Shown piece after piece: positions 35,469 to 43,812 of a DNA stretch of 64,000 nt. Location: positions 1,552 to 65,551 of the forward strand of contig CAYONG010000285.1 of the NCBI GenBank assembly GCA_964405235.1, in the 5' to 3' direction. The notes below the pieces were generated by a model. It ran no database searches, had not been told where the DNA came from, and saw only the letters and a list, made by a program, of their open reading frames with translations. A program made the translations under genes and the position numbers. Numbering within the stretch: the stretch's first letter is position 1; each line of letters starts with the position of its first letter. Source of the DNA: an uncultured bacterium (GTDB lineage Bacteria; Eisenbacteria; RBG-16-71-46).

Positions 35469-37052
35469 ATGGGTGAGACCCGCGTCGACCTGCATCACCT
35501 GCTCGAGGACCTCCGCGACGCATACGCAGGCGCGCTCGAGGAAACCATCCTCACCGAGATCGTCGCCAATTGCCTCGACTCTGGCGCGGGCCTGATCCGA
35601 GTCGTGGCGGAGCCGGCGCTCTCCACCCTCACGGTCGTCGATGATGGCTCGGGAATGCAGCGGCGCGATCTCGCCCGCTATCACGACATCGCCGCCAGCA
35701 CCAAGACGCGCGGCGAGGGGATCGGCTTCGCCGGTGTCGGGATCAAGCTCGGCCTCCTCCTGTGCGAGGAGGTGCTGACCGAGACGCGGCGCGGCAAGAG
35801 CCACGTGGCGACGCGCTGGCACCTGGCCTCGCGCCACAAGGCTCCGTGGAAGTGGGTGCCTCCACCGGGGCTCGTGGTCGAGCGAGGTACCGCGGTGACA
35901 CTCAAGCTTACCAATCCCCTCTCGCCGCTACTCGACGCCGGGTTCCTCGAGGGTACGCTGCGCCGCCACTATCAGCCGCTGCTCGAACCCGAGTTCGACG
36001 AGCTGCTGCTCGACCACTACCAGAGGGGACTGCGGTTCGAGGTGAACGCCCGCGCGCTGGAGCGGGCGCGCGTCCGGGCGACCGAGATCGCGCCGCTCGC
36101 GGTGAGGATCGGCCGCAAGCGCAAGCCTGCCGCGCTCGGCTACCTGGTGCGCGAGGCGGCGCCGCTCCCCGAAGAGGCACGGGGCCTCGCGATCACCACG
36201 CTCGGCAAGGTCATCAAGCGGGGCTGGGACTGGCTCGGGGTGACTCCGGCCACCCCTGACCTGATCGGCGGCGTGATCGAGGTGCCGGCGCTGGCCGAGT
36301 GTCTGACTCTTAACAAGGCCGACTTCATCCGCACGGGTCCGCGCGGGGCGACCTACCTCGCCCTGCGCAAGGCGATCCAGGAGGCGGTCGGCTACCAGCT
36401 CGCCGCATGGGGCGACGCGCGCGACCAGGCCGAGGAGACCCGCCGGCGCGCGGCGCGGCCGGTCGAGCGCGACCTGGAGCGCGTGCTGGTGGACCTGGCC
36501 GACGAGTTCCCGCTGCTGGGCGCACTGGTCGAGCGTCACGCCGGCGGGCAGCGCAAGCTGCCGATCGGTCGGTCAGGAGGCGCGGCGGACGCGCATGCGC
36601 TGATGGCGGAGTCGGTGAGCGCGCAGGCCGACGCCGCAGTGGCGGTCTCGGAGGTGGCCGGGATGCCCTCACCCTCCGAGGCGCAGGCGCCCGCCGCGCA
36701 GCCCGACGCAAGGCCTGCCGGCGCCGCGCCGCCAGCCGCCCCCGGGCTACCCGGCGAGCGCGGCCCGCGACGCCCGACCCGCTACGGACTCACCATCCAG
36801 TTCGAGGCGCGTCCCGGCGACCCTGAGATCGGGCGGCTGCGTGAGTCCACCGTCTGGGTGAACGAGGCTCACTCTGCCTACAAGCGTGCCGTCGCATCGC
36901 GCTCCGAAGGCTACCACCTGGCGCTGGCGGTGGCGCTCGCCCTGGCGCCGCTCGCGGTGGAGGCGGCGGGCGAGCATGCGTTCGTCACCGCGTTCCTCGA
37001 CCGATGGGGTGCGGCGCTCGAGACGAGCGGGGGGCGCGGGCGGCGATTGTAG
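35469..37052 (+). CDS. Soluble GHKL (Bergerat-fold) ATPase, HATPase_c_3 / MORC-MutL-Hsp90-like, with Ala/Pro-rich linker
   Basis: Motif I E30xxxN34xxD37 (35556-35579), motif II DDGSG (35640-35654) and motif III GEGIGFAGVG (35712-35747). No TM segments and no histidine-kinase DHp/H-box. A 3-nt gap follows NTase A. Confidence 0.75.
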   Translation: MGETRVDLHHLLEDLRDAYAGALEETILTEIVANCLDSGAGLIRVVAEPALSTLTVVDDGSGMQRRDLARYHDIAASTKTRGEGIGFAGVGIKLGLLLCEEVLTETRRGKSHVATRWHLASRHKAPWKWVPPPGLVVERGTAVTLKLTNPLSPLLDAGFLEGTLRRHYQPLLEPEFDELLLDHYQRGLRFEVNARALERARVRATEIAPLAVRIGRKRKPAALGYLVREAAPLPEEARGLAITTLGKVIKRGWDWLGVTPATPDLIGGVIEVPALAECLTLNKADFIRTGPRGATYLALRKAIQEAVGYQLAAWGDARDQAEETRRRAARPVERDLERVLVDLADEFPLLGALVERHAGGQRKLPIGRSGGAADAHALMAESVSAQADAAVAVSEVAGMPSPSEAQAPAAQPDARPAGAAPPAAPGLPGERGPRRPTRYGLTIQFEARPGDPEIGRLRESTVWVNEAHSAYKRAVASRSEGYHLALAVALALAPLAVEAAGEHAFVTAFLDRWGAALETSGGRGRRL

Positions 37053-37107
37053 GGGGCCAGCGGTCACCGCTGCGCGATCCCCGCGGCATCGGCGCTCTGC
37101 CCGGAGA

Positions 37108-37116
37108 TGGTAGACT
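37108..37116 (+). promoter_or_regulatory. Extended -10-like element TGgTAGACT upstream of small ORF b
   Basis: Part of GATGGTAGACTCCCGCC (37106-37122). It ends 7 nt before the ATG at 37124, which would imply a leaderless or near-leaderless transcript. A short hairpin CAGCGG-TCA-CCGCTG lies at 37058-37072. Confidence 0.3.
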
Positions 37117-37123
37117 CCCGCCG

Positions 37124-37396
37124 ATGCTCTTCTCCGATGACACGAGCCCCGAGGCCGAGCGCGTCCTGGTCGGCCTGCTGCGCGCCAGGGCGCCGGCCGA
37201 GCGCCTCTCCTCCGTGTTCCATCTGAACGCGCTCGCCCGCTCGCTGACCTTCGCCGGGCTCCGCGAGCGCAATCCGGACGCTTCGGACGACGAGATCGAG
37301 GCCCGGTACGCCGAGCTGATCCTGGGAACGCAGCTCGCCGCGAGAGTTCTGGCCACGAGGAAGGCTCGGGGGCTCGGCTCCGGCGCCCGACGGTAG
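37124..37396 (+). CDS. Small (90 aa) hypothetical protein, partner of nucleotidyltransferase B
   Basis: High GC3 from the ATG at 37124. The track start at 37004 would overlap the GHKL gene. Weak similarity to small ORF a around LRERNPDA / ARRTNPAW. Confidence 0.6.
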   Translation: MLFSDDTSPEAERVLVGLLRARAPAERLSSVFHLNALARSLTFAGLRERNPDASDDEIEARYAELILGTQLAARVLATRKARGLGSGARR

Positions 37397-37399
37397 CCG

Positions 37400-37981
37400 A
37401 TGCCGAATCCCCAGCTCGAAGCGCTCGGCCGCGTCGTGATGCTGCTCAACGCGTGGGGCATCGGTTACTGCATCGGTGGCTCCCTGGCGAGTTCCTACTA
37501 CGGCGTGAGCCGGACCACCGCGGATGCCGACATCGTCGTCGATCTGCAGGCTGGACAGCTCGACGCCATGGCCACCGCCCTCGAACCCGAGTTCTACATC
37601 AGCCGCGACGCCATGCGTGAGGCGCTTCGCGAGCGGAGGTCGTTCAACGCCATCCACCTGGACACGTTGTTCAAGGTCGACTTCTTCGTCCTCGGCGACG
37701 GACCATTCGATCGCGAAGAGTTCCGGCGACGCGTTCCCAAGCAGCTCGCCGAGCTCCCCGATGTCCCCGTCACCTTGATGACCGCACAGGACACGGTGCT
37801 CAGCAAGCTGCGCTGGTTCCGCTCCGGCGGCGAAGTATCGGACCACCCATGGCGGGATGTCCTGGGTGTGCTGGTGGCGTCGGGACCGACCCTTGATGTG
37901 ACTTACATGGAGCTCTGGGCTGCGTCTCTGGGCGTGAGCGATCTGCTGAGCCGGGCGAGAGCGGAAGCATCCACGCACTGA
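37400..37981 (+). CDS. Minimal pol-beta-fold nucleotidyltransferase B (193 aa), diverged paralog of A
   Basis: CIGGSLASSYYGVSRTTADADIVV (GGS at residues 26-28, DAD at 42-44; nt 37475-37531). TAQDTVLSKL parallels TPEDLVIYKL. A 3-nt gap follows small ORF b. Confidence 0.7.
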   Translation: MPNPQLEALGRVVMLLNAWGIGYCIGGSLASSYYGVSRTTADADIVVDLQAGQLDAMATALEPEFYISRDAMREALRERRSFNAIHLDTLFKVDFFVLGDGPFDREEFRRRVPKQLAELPDVPVTLMTAQDTVLSKLRWFRSGGEVSDHPWRDVLGVLVASGPTLDVTYMELWAASLGVSDLLSRARAEASTH

Positions 37982-38004
37982 AGCACCCCCTGCTGACCGC
38001 CCCG

Positions 38005-38523
38005 TCACCCCAGCCTTCGCCTCACCTCCCGCAGCACTGCGCTCATGTGCTTCCACGCGAGCCGCGCCCCGCTGCGCCCGATCCGCGCCAGCGGCATCCA
38101 CTCGGCGCTCGCCGCGTCATCGGCGGCGCGCGGCACGCCCGAGCGCCAGCGCGCAAGCCAGTAGAAGTTCATGGTCGGGAAGTATCCGAAGCCCCTGAGG
38201 TGGTAGCGGTCCCAGAAATAGCCTAGCGGCTCGATCCTACCAACGCGCAGCCCGGTCTCCTCGCGCAGCTCGCGCCGTGCCGCCTCATCGATCGCCTCGT
38301 TCGCGTCCACGAACCCGCCCGGGAAGTCCAGGAAGCCGCGGCGCGGCGGGTGTCCGCGCCTCAGCATCAGGAGCGCGCCGGCCTTCGCCACGATTATCCC
38401 GGCGCACGGACGCGGGTAGTCGAACATGAGGTAGCGACAGCGTGGGCAGCGGATCTTTCGCGGATCGTCACCAACGGTGCGCGAGACCGGGCGCCCGCAA
38501 CGCGCGCAAGGAAAGGAGATCAC
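38005..38523 (-). CDS. NUDIX hydrolase with N-terminal CxxC...CxxC zinc ribbon
   Basis: C6-x2-C9...C26-x2-C29. The NUDIX box GGFVDANEAIDEAARRELREETGL (38248-38319) matches Gx5Ex7REUxEExGU. Confidence 0.85.
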   Translation of the reverse strand: MISFPCARCGRPVSRTVGDDPRKIRCPRCRYLMFDYPRPCAGIIVAKAGALLMLRRGHPPRRGFLDFPGGFVDANEAIDEAARRELREETGLRVGRIEPLGYFWDRYHLRGFGYFPTMNFYWLARWRSGVPRAADDAASAEWMPLARIGRSGARLAWKHMSAVLREVRRRLG

Positions 38524-39350
38524 CGCGCCACCACCGCGATCACCGCCGGGAGCGGCACCTTGGCCCCCGGGGCATCCGGCGCGTCACCCGGTCCCTTCCA
38601 CGGCCCGAAGCTGGCGTAGTGGAAGGGCGGGGTGCTCACGCACAGCTCTGCCTCGTAGCCGCCGTCCATGGACATCGCGTGCGAAAGACCAATCGGCGCC
38701 TGCTGCAGCAGCTGCGCGAAATCCCACAGCGTATAGCCGCCCTCGCTGGTGATCACCAGGATGCGGCCCTTGCCGTCCTGGGCGACCACCGTGCGGTTCG
38801 CGACCACGTCGGTCTTGCGGATGCGCAGGCGCCCGTCGTGGTCGAAGAGCATGAAGGACTGCGCCACCTCGCGCCATCCGGGGGCGATGGGATCGAGCGG
38901 ATCGCGGTCCAGGTCGAGCACCCGGACCGCTGAGCGGCCGTCGTCCGGAGAGGCGACCAGCGCCGCCTTAAACCCGGGATGAAGTCGCTTCGAGACCCGA
39001 ACGCCGTCGCTGACCAGCAGGCCCATGTAAGAGAGGTCAGGGTAGTACTGACCGGCGTTGAAGACGGCGAGGGCGCCGGTGTGCTGCTGCCACTCCACGA
39101 TCGAAAGCGGCACCCCGCCCGGGTCGCGCGAGTAGTGGTGAACGCGCAGGCGAACGTTCGCGGGGTCGAGCCGCAGGACGGCGATCTCCGAGGAGCCACG
39201 ACGGCAGTACGGGTCGCCCCGCAGTGTCGTGAACTCCATCCCGTCGCGGAGCGCGCGCCAGCGCGGGCCGCCCGCCCCGCGCACGAGCGACAGCGCGAGC
39301 GCGCACAGTCCGGCCAGGACCAGCAGGATCAGCGTGCGGCGGAGCGGCAT
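38520..39350 (-). CDS. Phosphodiester glycosidase (NAGPA/DUF2233) family exported protein
   Basis: I chose the start ATG at 39350 (MPLRRTLILLVLAGLCALALS signal/anchor). FNAGQYY, LVITSEGG and MDGGYEA are typical of this family. The stop overlaps the NUDIX start. Confidence 0.7.
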   Translation of the reverse strand: MPLRRTLILLVLAGLCALALSLVRGAGGPRWRALRDGMEFTTLRGDPYCRRGSSEIAVLRLDPANVRLRVHHYSRDPGGVPLSIVEWQQHTGALAVFNAGQYYPDLSYMGLLVSDGVRVSKRLHPGFKAALVASPDDGRSAVRVLDLDRDPLDPIAPGWREVAQSFMLFDHDGRLRIRKTDVVANRTVVAQDGKGRILVITSEGGYTLWDFAQLLQQAPIGLSHAMSMDGGYEAELCVSTPPFHYASFGPWKGPGDAPDAPGAKVPLPAVIAVVAR

Positions 39351-39758
39351 GGCGCGGGCATTCTCGTCGTCAGGCGCGCGTCGAGTCAACGCGCGGGCCG
39401 GCTGCGTGACCGACGGAGATATCGCGGGCTTCGTGATGAGTCCTCGACGTGGCAGCACCCGCGCACCGTGGAGTCGTGACACGGTCGGGGAGCCCGACGT
39501 ACTCGGCGGTGTCGCAATCCGGACTCTCGTGGGCTTCGGACGCTCCGGCGTGCGCGAACCGTTCCTGTGGTCTCGCAGCGTCTTGCGAGTCTTCTCGCAT
39601 CCCTCCGCCCGACTGGCACGCCGCCTGCCCTCTACCTGCGCGCCTCGTGCTTCCCCGCACGGAACACCGGCTCGCGCGACTTCGCCCTCCCCGTGCGTGA
39701 GACCGGCCGGCGTTTACGACCAGCCCTGCTCACTCGTCGCCGCCGTCAGGGAGAAGAC

Positions 39759-40427
39759 ATGCATCCAGCGGGTCACTTCACCGCGACGGCCCTCGGCCTT
39801 CTCGCGACGCTCGCCGCGGTCCCGGCGCAGCCTGCCTCCACAACCGTTTCCGCCACGCTGCGCTGGACGGCCCCGGGTGACGACGGCATGGTCGGACGCG
39901 CGCAGGCATACATGCTGCGCTACTCGACCGTGCCGATCACCGATGCCAACTTCGGCAGCGCCACACCGGTCGCGGGGGGCCCGGCGCCCAGGCCTCCGGG
40001 CTCGCTCGAGACCTTCGCGGTCACCGGGCTTGCCCCGAGCACGGTTTACTTCTTCGCGATCAAGACCTCGGACGACGCCGGGAACTGGTCGGTGCTCTCG
40101 AACGTGGCGTCCTTTCCGGCCCTGATGACCGGCGTCGAAGATCCTCCCGCCGCCCTCTCGTTCTGGGCCCCGTGGCCCAATCCCGCGCGCACCTCGCTGC
40201 GGTGCACCTTCACGCTGCCGGGGCCGGCCATGTTCCAGGTGGATGCGTTCAGCGTTGATGGCCGCCACGTCAGCCACCTCGCGAGCGGATGGCGACCGGC
40301 CGGCCGGGGAGAGGTCACATGGGATTTGCGCGATGATGAGGGGCATCGGGTGCCCGCAGGCGTCTACCTGGTGCGTGCGCGCCTGGGCGGGGACATCCTG
40401 ACGAGGCGCGTGGCGGTCGTTCCGTGA
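39759..40427 (+). CDS. Secreted fibronectin type III domain protein with FlgD-Ig/T9SS-like C-terminal tail
   Basis: GGGAGAAG RBS-like stretch before the ATG at 39759. Signal peptide ALGLLATLAAVPAQP. FN3-like LRWTAPGDDG...YMLRYS...GLAPSTVYFFAIKTSDDAGNWS. Tail WPNPARTSL...VDAFSVDGRHV...WDLRDD...PAGVYLV. Confidence 0.75.
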   Translation: MHPAGHFTATALGLLATLAAVPAQPASTTVSATLRWTAPGDDGMVGRAQAYMLRYSTVPITDANFGSATPVAGGPAPRPPGSLETFAVTGLAPSTVYFFAIKTSDDAGNWSVLSNVASFPALMTGVEDPPAALSFWAPWPNPARTSLRCTFTLPGPAMFQVDAFSVDGRHVSHLASGWRPAGRGEVTWDLRDDEGHRVPAGVYLVRARLGGDILTRRVAVVP

Positions 40428-40446
40428 ACCGCGGACCTGGCCGGGA

Positions 40447-41121
40447 CTACGCTGCGCGGTTGTCCGCGTCGTCGTCGGGGAACTCGCCCTCGCCGCGCTC
40501 CCACCCTTCGAGATCCTCGTCGCTCCACAGATCGCCCTGCCGGTCCTCGTCGGCCATCTCGAAGCGCGAGGCCGCTTGCTGACCGGCGTCCGGCTCGCCC
40601 GCGGCACCTGCAGCGCCCGCCGCGCCGGCATCCTCGTGAAACGCAGAGAGCGCCTCGAGGTCGCGGCGCGCGGGCTCGTAGCCGGGATGGATCCAGAGCA
40701 CGTGCTGGAGCAGCCGCACCGCCTCCTCGGCGGCGCCGAGCTGCAGGCAGGCCGACGCGGCGAGGTAGTGGAGCTCGGGATGATGCGGGGCGAACGACAG
40801 TCCGCGCAGCGCCCGTGCGAGTCCCGCACGCAGCTTGCCGCGCCGCAGCGCGTCCGCGGATGCGGAGGCCAGCGCCACCGCGGCGCCAACGTCGGGCGGG
40901 GTGTAGAGGCCGGGGATGTGTCGCTTGAGCTCGGTGAGCGCCCGGCCCATGGAGAGGCGGACGATAGGATCGAGGGTGCGGGCGCGTTCGGCGGCGACGC
41001 GATCCGCCAGATGCGCGAAAACGACCGCGATCTCGTCGAGCGAGGGGCGTGACGACTCGGACACGAGCGCTTCCTCCAGCTTGAGTGCGATGTTCACGGC
41101 AGACGTATCTGTGTGCTTCAT
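40447..41121 (-). CDS. Hypothetical helical (TPR-like) protein with acidic C-terminal tail
   Basis: High GC3. LHYLAASACLQLGAAEEAVRLLQHVLWIHPGYEPARRDLEAL is TPR-like. The C-terminal tail is rich in D/E. Confidence 0.55.
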   Translation of the reverse strand: MKHTDTSAVNIALKLEEALVSESSRPSLDEIAVVFAHLADRVAAERARTLDPIVRLSMGRALTELKRHIPGLYTPPDVGAAVALASASADALRRGKLRAGLARALRGLSFAPHHPELHYLAASACLQLGAAEEAVRLLQHVLWIHPGYEPARRDLEALSAFHEDAGAAGAAGAAGEPDAGQQAASRFEMADEDRQGDLWSDEDLEGWERGEGEFPDDDADNRAA

Positions 41122-41211
41122 CGGCAGGAGATGTCAGGGGCTGAAGCGGCTCGATGCGCGACCCGGGGCGGGCGCGATCCAGAAGCGAGGGTGTAGGCGA
41201 CTCCGGCCGGC

Positions 41212-41865
41212 TCAGCGCACGGTGCGGCGGGTGGAATCGATCCACCACGCCCAGGGGATGAAGAGCCAAAGGGCCAGCGCCATCAGGGCGATGGTGCGCT
41301 CGCTAGTCCCGGCCGGCAGCGGCTGGAGGTTGGAGAGGAAGATCAGCGAGACCACCACTACCAGCGACCACAGCGAGAGCCGGCCTCTCCCCCCGCGCGG
41401 CCGGGTGACCCGCATGTAGAGCCACAGCCCGACGATGAACAACAGGAACTCCACGATGATGGTCGCCGCCACCGAGTTCCAGAGCCCGAGTCCGGCCCCA
41501 GGTCCTCCGGGCCAGAGCGGCAGGTCGGGCCGGTGGGCGATCAAGTCCATCACCCAGTGGCTCGCCACCGCCAGGCCGATCCAGACCGCTCCGCGGGTGT
41601 CGCGGGTCAGCGCGCGGAACACGATGCCGACGAGCCCGGACCAGAACAGGGTCATGTGCAGGCTGTGCGACCAGGGATAGTTCTCGAAGGCCAGCGGCGT
41701 AAAGGCGGTGTTGCGCGGATCGATCCGTACCGTCTCCCAGCCAAGCAGCAGGAAGATCGGCCACAGCAGATCCAGGAACATCGGCGCAAAGAGCAGGGTC
41801 GCCAGCGACACCCGCGGCGCGAAACGCTTGCCCGCGAGGCCCACTGCGATGTGACCGAGGAACAC
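41212..41865 (-). CDS. Membrane-bound metal-dependent hydrolase-like protein (YbcI/DUF457-like)
   Basis: Multiple TM segments and His-rich motifs (LGHIAVG, SHSLH, SHWVMDLIAH). The GTG start at 41865 avoids overlap with the upstream stop at 41868. The track start at 41916 is an alternative. Confidence 0.55.
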   Translation of the reverse strand: MFLGHIAVGLAGKRFAPRVSLATLLFAPMFLDLLWPIFLLLGWETVRIDPRNTAFTPLAFENYPWSHSLHMTLFWSGLVGIVFRALTRDTRGAVWIGLAVASHWVMDLIAHRPDLPLWPGGPGAGLGLWNSVAATIIVEFLLFIVGLWLYMRVTRPRGGRGRLSLWSLVVVVSLIFLSNLQPLPAGTSERTIALMALALWLFIPWAWWIDSTRRTVR

Positions 41866-41867
41866 GC

Positions 41868-42776
41868 TTATCGCCCCTGGCTGTGCGCGAAACGCGGGTC
41901 GGCCGCGCGCAGGCACTGTTCGAGCAGGTTTCCGGCGACGGCGAGCCGGTACTCGCGATCCGAGCGGATGTCGTCGATCGGGGCGATGTCGTGCATGAGC
42001 GCGGCGCGCGCGCGCGTCGCCACGGCGGGCGACGGAGTAGCGCCCGAGAGCGCCGCCTCGGCCCGGCCGGCCCGAAGCGTGACCGGCGCCACGCTGCCCC
42101 AGGCGAGCCGGACGTGGTCCACACAGCCATCGCGGCCGAGCCGAAGCACGCCGGCCATCACCACCTTGGAGATGCTCTGCGCGCGCCGGGTGCCGACCTT
42201 GCGGAAGAACTGTCGGCTACGGGGCGGCGGGAACGGCACCACCACCGCGGTGATGAGCTCGTCGGGGGCGAGCGCCAGGTCGCGATAACCGCGGTAGAGC
42301 GCGGCGATCGGGATGGTCCGCTCGCCGCGCACCGAGCAGGCGTGGACCGTCGCATCGAGCGCCATAAGCGCGGGGAGCGAATCGCCGGCAGGTGACGCGT
42401 TGGCGATGTTGCCGCCGACCGTCGCCCGGTTCTGGATCTGCCGCCCCCCCACCTCAGCCGCCGCCGCGACCAGCGCCGGCAGACGCCGGCGCAGGATCGC
42501 GTGCTCCCGGATCTCGCTGAATGTGGCGAGCGCCCCGAGGCGCGCACCGGCAGCGCCGGTCCGGATGCCGCGCAGCTCGCGCAGGCCCCTCAGGTCAACG
42601 AATCGCAGGCCGGCGTGTGTGCCTGCATTGAGGTAGACGAAGAGATCGGTAGCGCCAGCGAGCGGCGTCGGACGCTTCGAGCCGGGGCCGGGGCCGCGGG
42701 CCACGCTCATGATCCGCAGGGCGTGCGCGAGGTCGCGGGGCCGCGCCACCTCGAGGGTGGAGAGCGCGGCTCTCAA
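41868..42776 (-). CDS. Xanthine dehydrogenase family FAD-binding (medium, CoxM-like) subunit
   Basis: LEVARPRDLAHALRIM...AGATDL...ATVGGNIANASPAGD...FRKVGTRRAQSISKV. The proposed TTG start at 42776 overlaps the 2Fe-2S gene stop (TTGA). The upstream part of track ORF 41868..43286 is an out-of-frame shadow. Confidence 0.75.
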   Translation of the reverse strand: MRAALSTLEVARPRDLAHALRIMSVARGPGPGSKRPTPLAGATDLFVYLNAGTHAGLRFVDLRGLRELRGIRTGAAGARLGALATFSEIREHAILRRRLPALVAAAAEVGGRQIQNRATVGGNIANASPAGDSLPALMALDATVHACSVRGERTIPIAALYRGYRDLALAPDELITAVVVPFPPPRSRQFFRKVGTRRAQSISKVVMAGVLRLGRDGCVDHVRLAWGSVAPVTLRAGRAEAALSGATPSPAVATRARAALMHDIAPIDDIRSDREYRLAVAGNLLEQCLRAADPRFAHSQGR

Positions 42777-43279
42777 TTGAGCTTCCCCGCCGGCCGGCGC
42801 TTCCCGGCCGAGCGCGCGGCGGCGCGCACCGCGTCCACGATCTTCTGGTACCCGGTGCACCGGCAGAGATTGCCGGCCAGCGCCTCGCGCACCTCGGGAT
42901 CGCGCGGCACGCGTCCGCGCGTGCGGCGCAGCAGCTCGTGGGCGGAGAGCAGGATGCCGGGGGTGCAGATGCCGCACTGGGCGCCGCCCATGGTCACGAA
43001 CGCCTGCTGGAGCGCGGTGAGCCTTGTGCCCCGCGCGAGCCCCTCGACGGTGAGGATGGTCGCGCCGGCGGCCTGGACCGCGGGCACCAGGCACGAGTTC
43101 ACCGTGCGGCCGTCGATCAGCACCGTGCAGGCGCCGCACTCGCCCTCGCCGCACCCCTCCTTGGTGCCGGGCAGGCGGCACTCCTCGCGCAGCACATCGA
43201 GCAGCCGCTTCATCGGCGGCACCGTCACGCGCCGGCGGCGGCCGTTCACGGTGAAGGTGAGGGTCACGCGCGGAGTCAC
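42773..43279 (-). CDS. Xanthine dehydrogenase family (2Fe-2S)-binding small subunit
   Basis: CGEGECGACTV, CGICTPG and CRCTGY cluster motifs. The GTG start at 43279 overlaps the upstream stop (GTGA). Confidence 0.85.
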   Translation of the reverse strand: MTPRVTLTFTVNGRRRRVTVPPMKRLLDVLREECRLPGTKEGCGEGECGACTVLIDGRTVNSCLVPAVQAAGATILTVEGLARGTRLTALQQAFVTMGGAQCGICTPGILLSAHELLRRTRGRVPRDPEVREALAGNLCRCTGYQKIVDAVRAAARSAGKRRPAGKLN

Positions 43280-43812
43280 TCCGCATTCTCCTCTGGAAGA
43301 TTCGCGAACGGAAGTCGCCGGTAGCACAGCGAAAACCCGTCGAGCAGCGCCGCCTCCACGGCGGCGGGATCCTCGTCGGGCGTGCTGAGCCAGGCGATCT
43401 GCAGTGCCACGTGGTCGAGCAGTTGCCAGATGTAGCGCCCGCCCCAGTGCCCCACCGCCTTCCCCTGCCCGAAGCGCAGGTATCGCTTCACCCGCTGCTG
43501 GAGCAGCGACCGCACGCCGGGTCCGCGGGCGCGGCCGATGTAGAGCACGCGCGCGGCCTCGACCCAACGCTCCTTCAGCACCTCCACAGCCACCGATGGA
43601 TCCTTCTGCCGGTACCGGCCGCCGACGCTCTGCGCGAGGAACTCCGGGGGCGCGGCCGTGTCACGCACCACGACGTAGACGCCGCGCTCGACCGGTACAT
43701 CGAGGCAGCGCGTGCGCTGCAGGTGCGAGACCGAATGGAAGCCGGTGAAGCCGCGCTCCCGGAGCATCACGACATCCCACGAGCGCGACGAATCCACGAG
43801 CGCCGCGCTCAC
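43276..43812 (-). CDS. GIY-YIG-like domain protein inserted in the Mo-enzyme operon
   Basis: GVYVVV...(insert)...VLYIGRA...LLQQRVKRY...HWGGRY...AVEAALL...LPFAN resembles the GIY / YIG / Arg / Glu / Asn signature. ATGA overlap upstream and GTGA overlap downstream. Confidence 0.5.
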   Translation of the reverse strand: MSAALVDSSRSWDVVMLRERGFTGFHSVSHLQRTRCLDVPVERGVYVVVRDTAAPPEFLAQSVGGRYRQKDPSVAVEVLKERWVEAARVLYIGRARGPGVRSLLQQRVKRYLRFGQGKAVGHWGGRYIWQLLDHVALQIAWLSTPDEDPAAVEAALLDGFSLCYRRLPFANLPEENAE

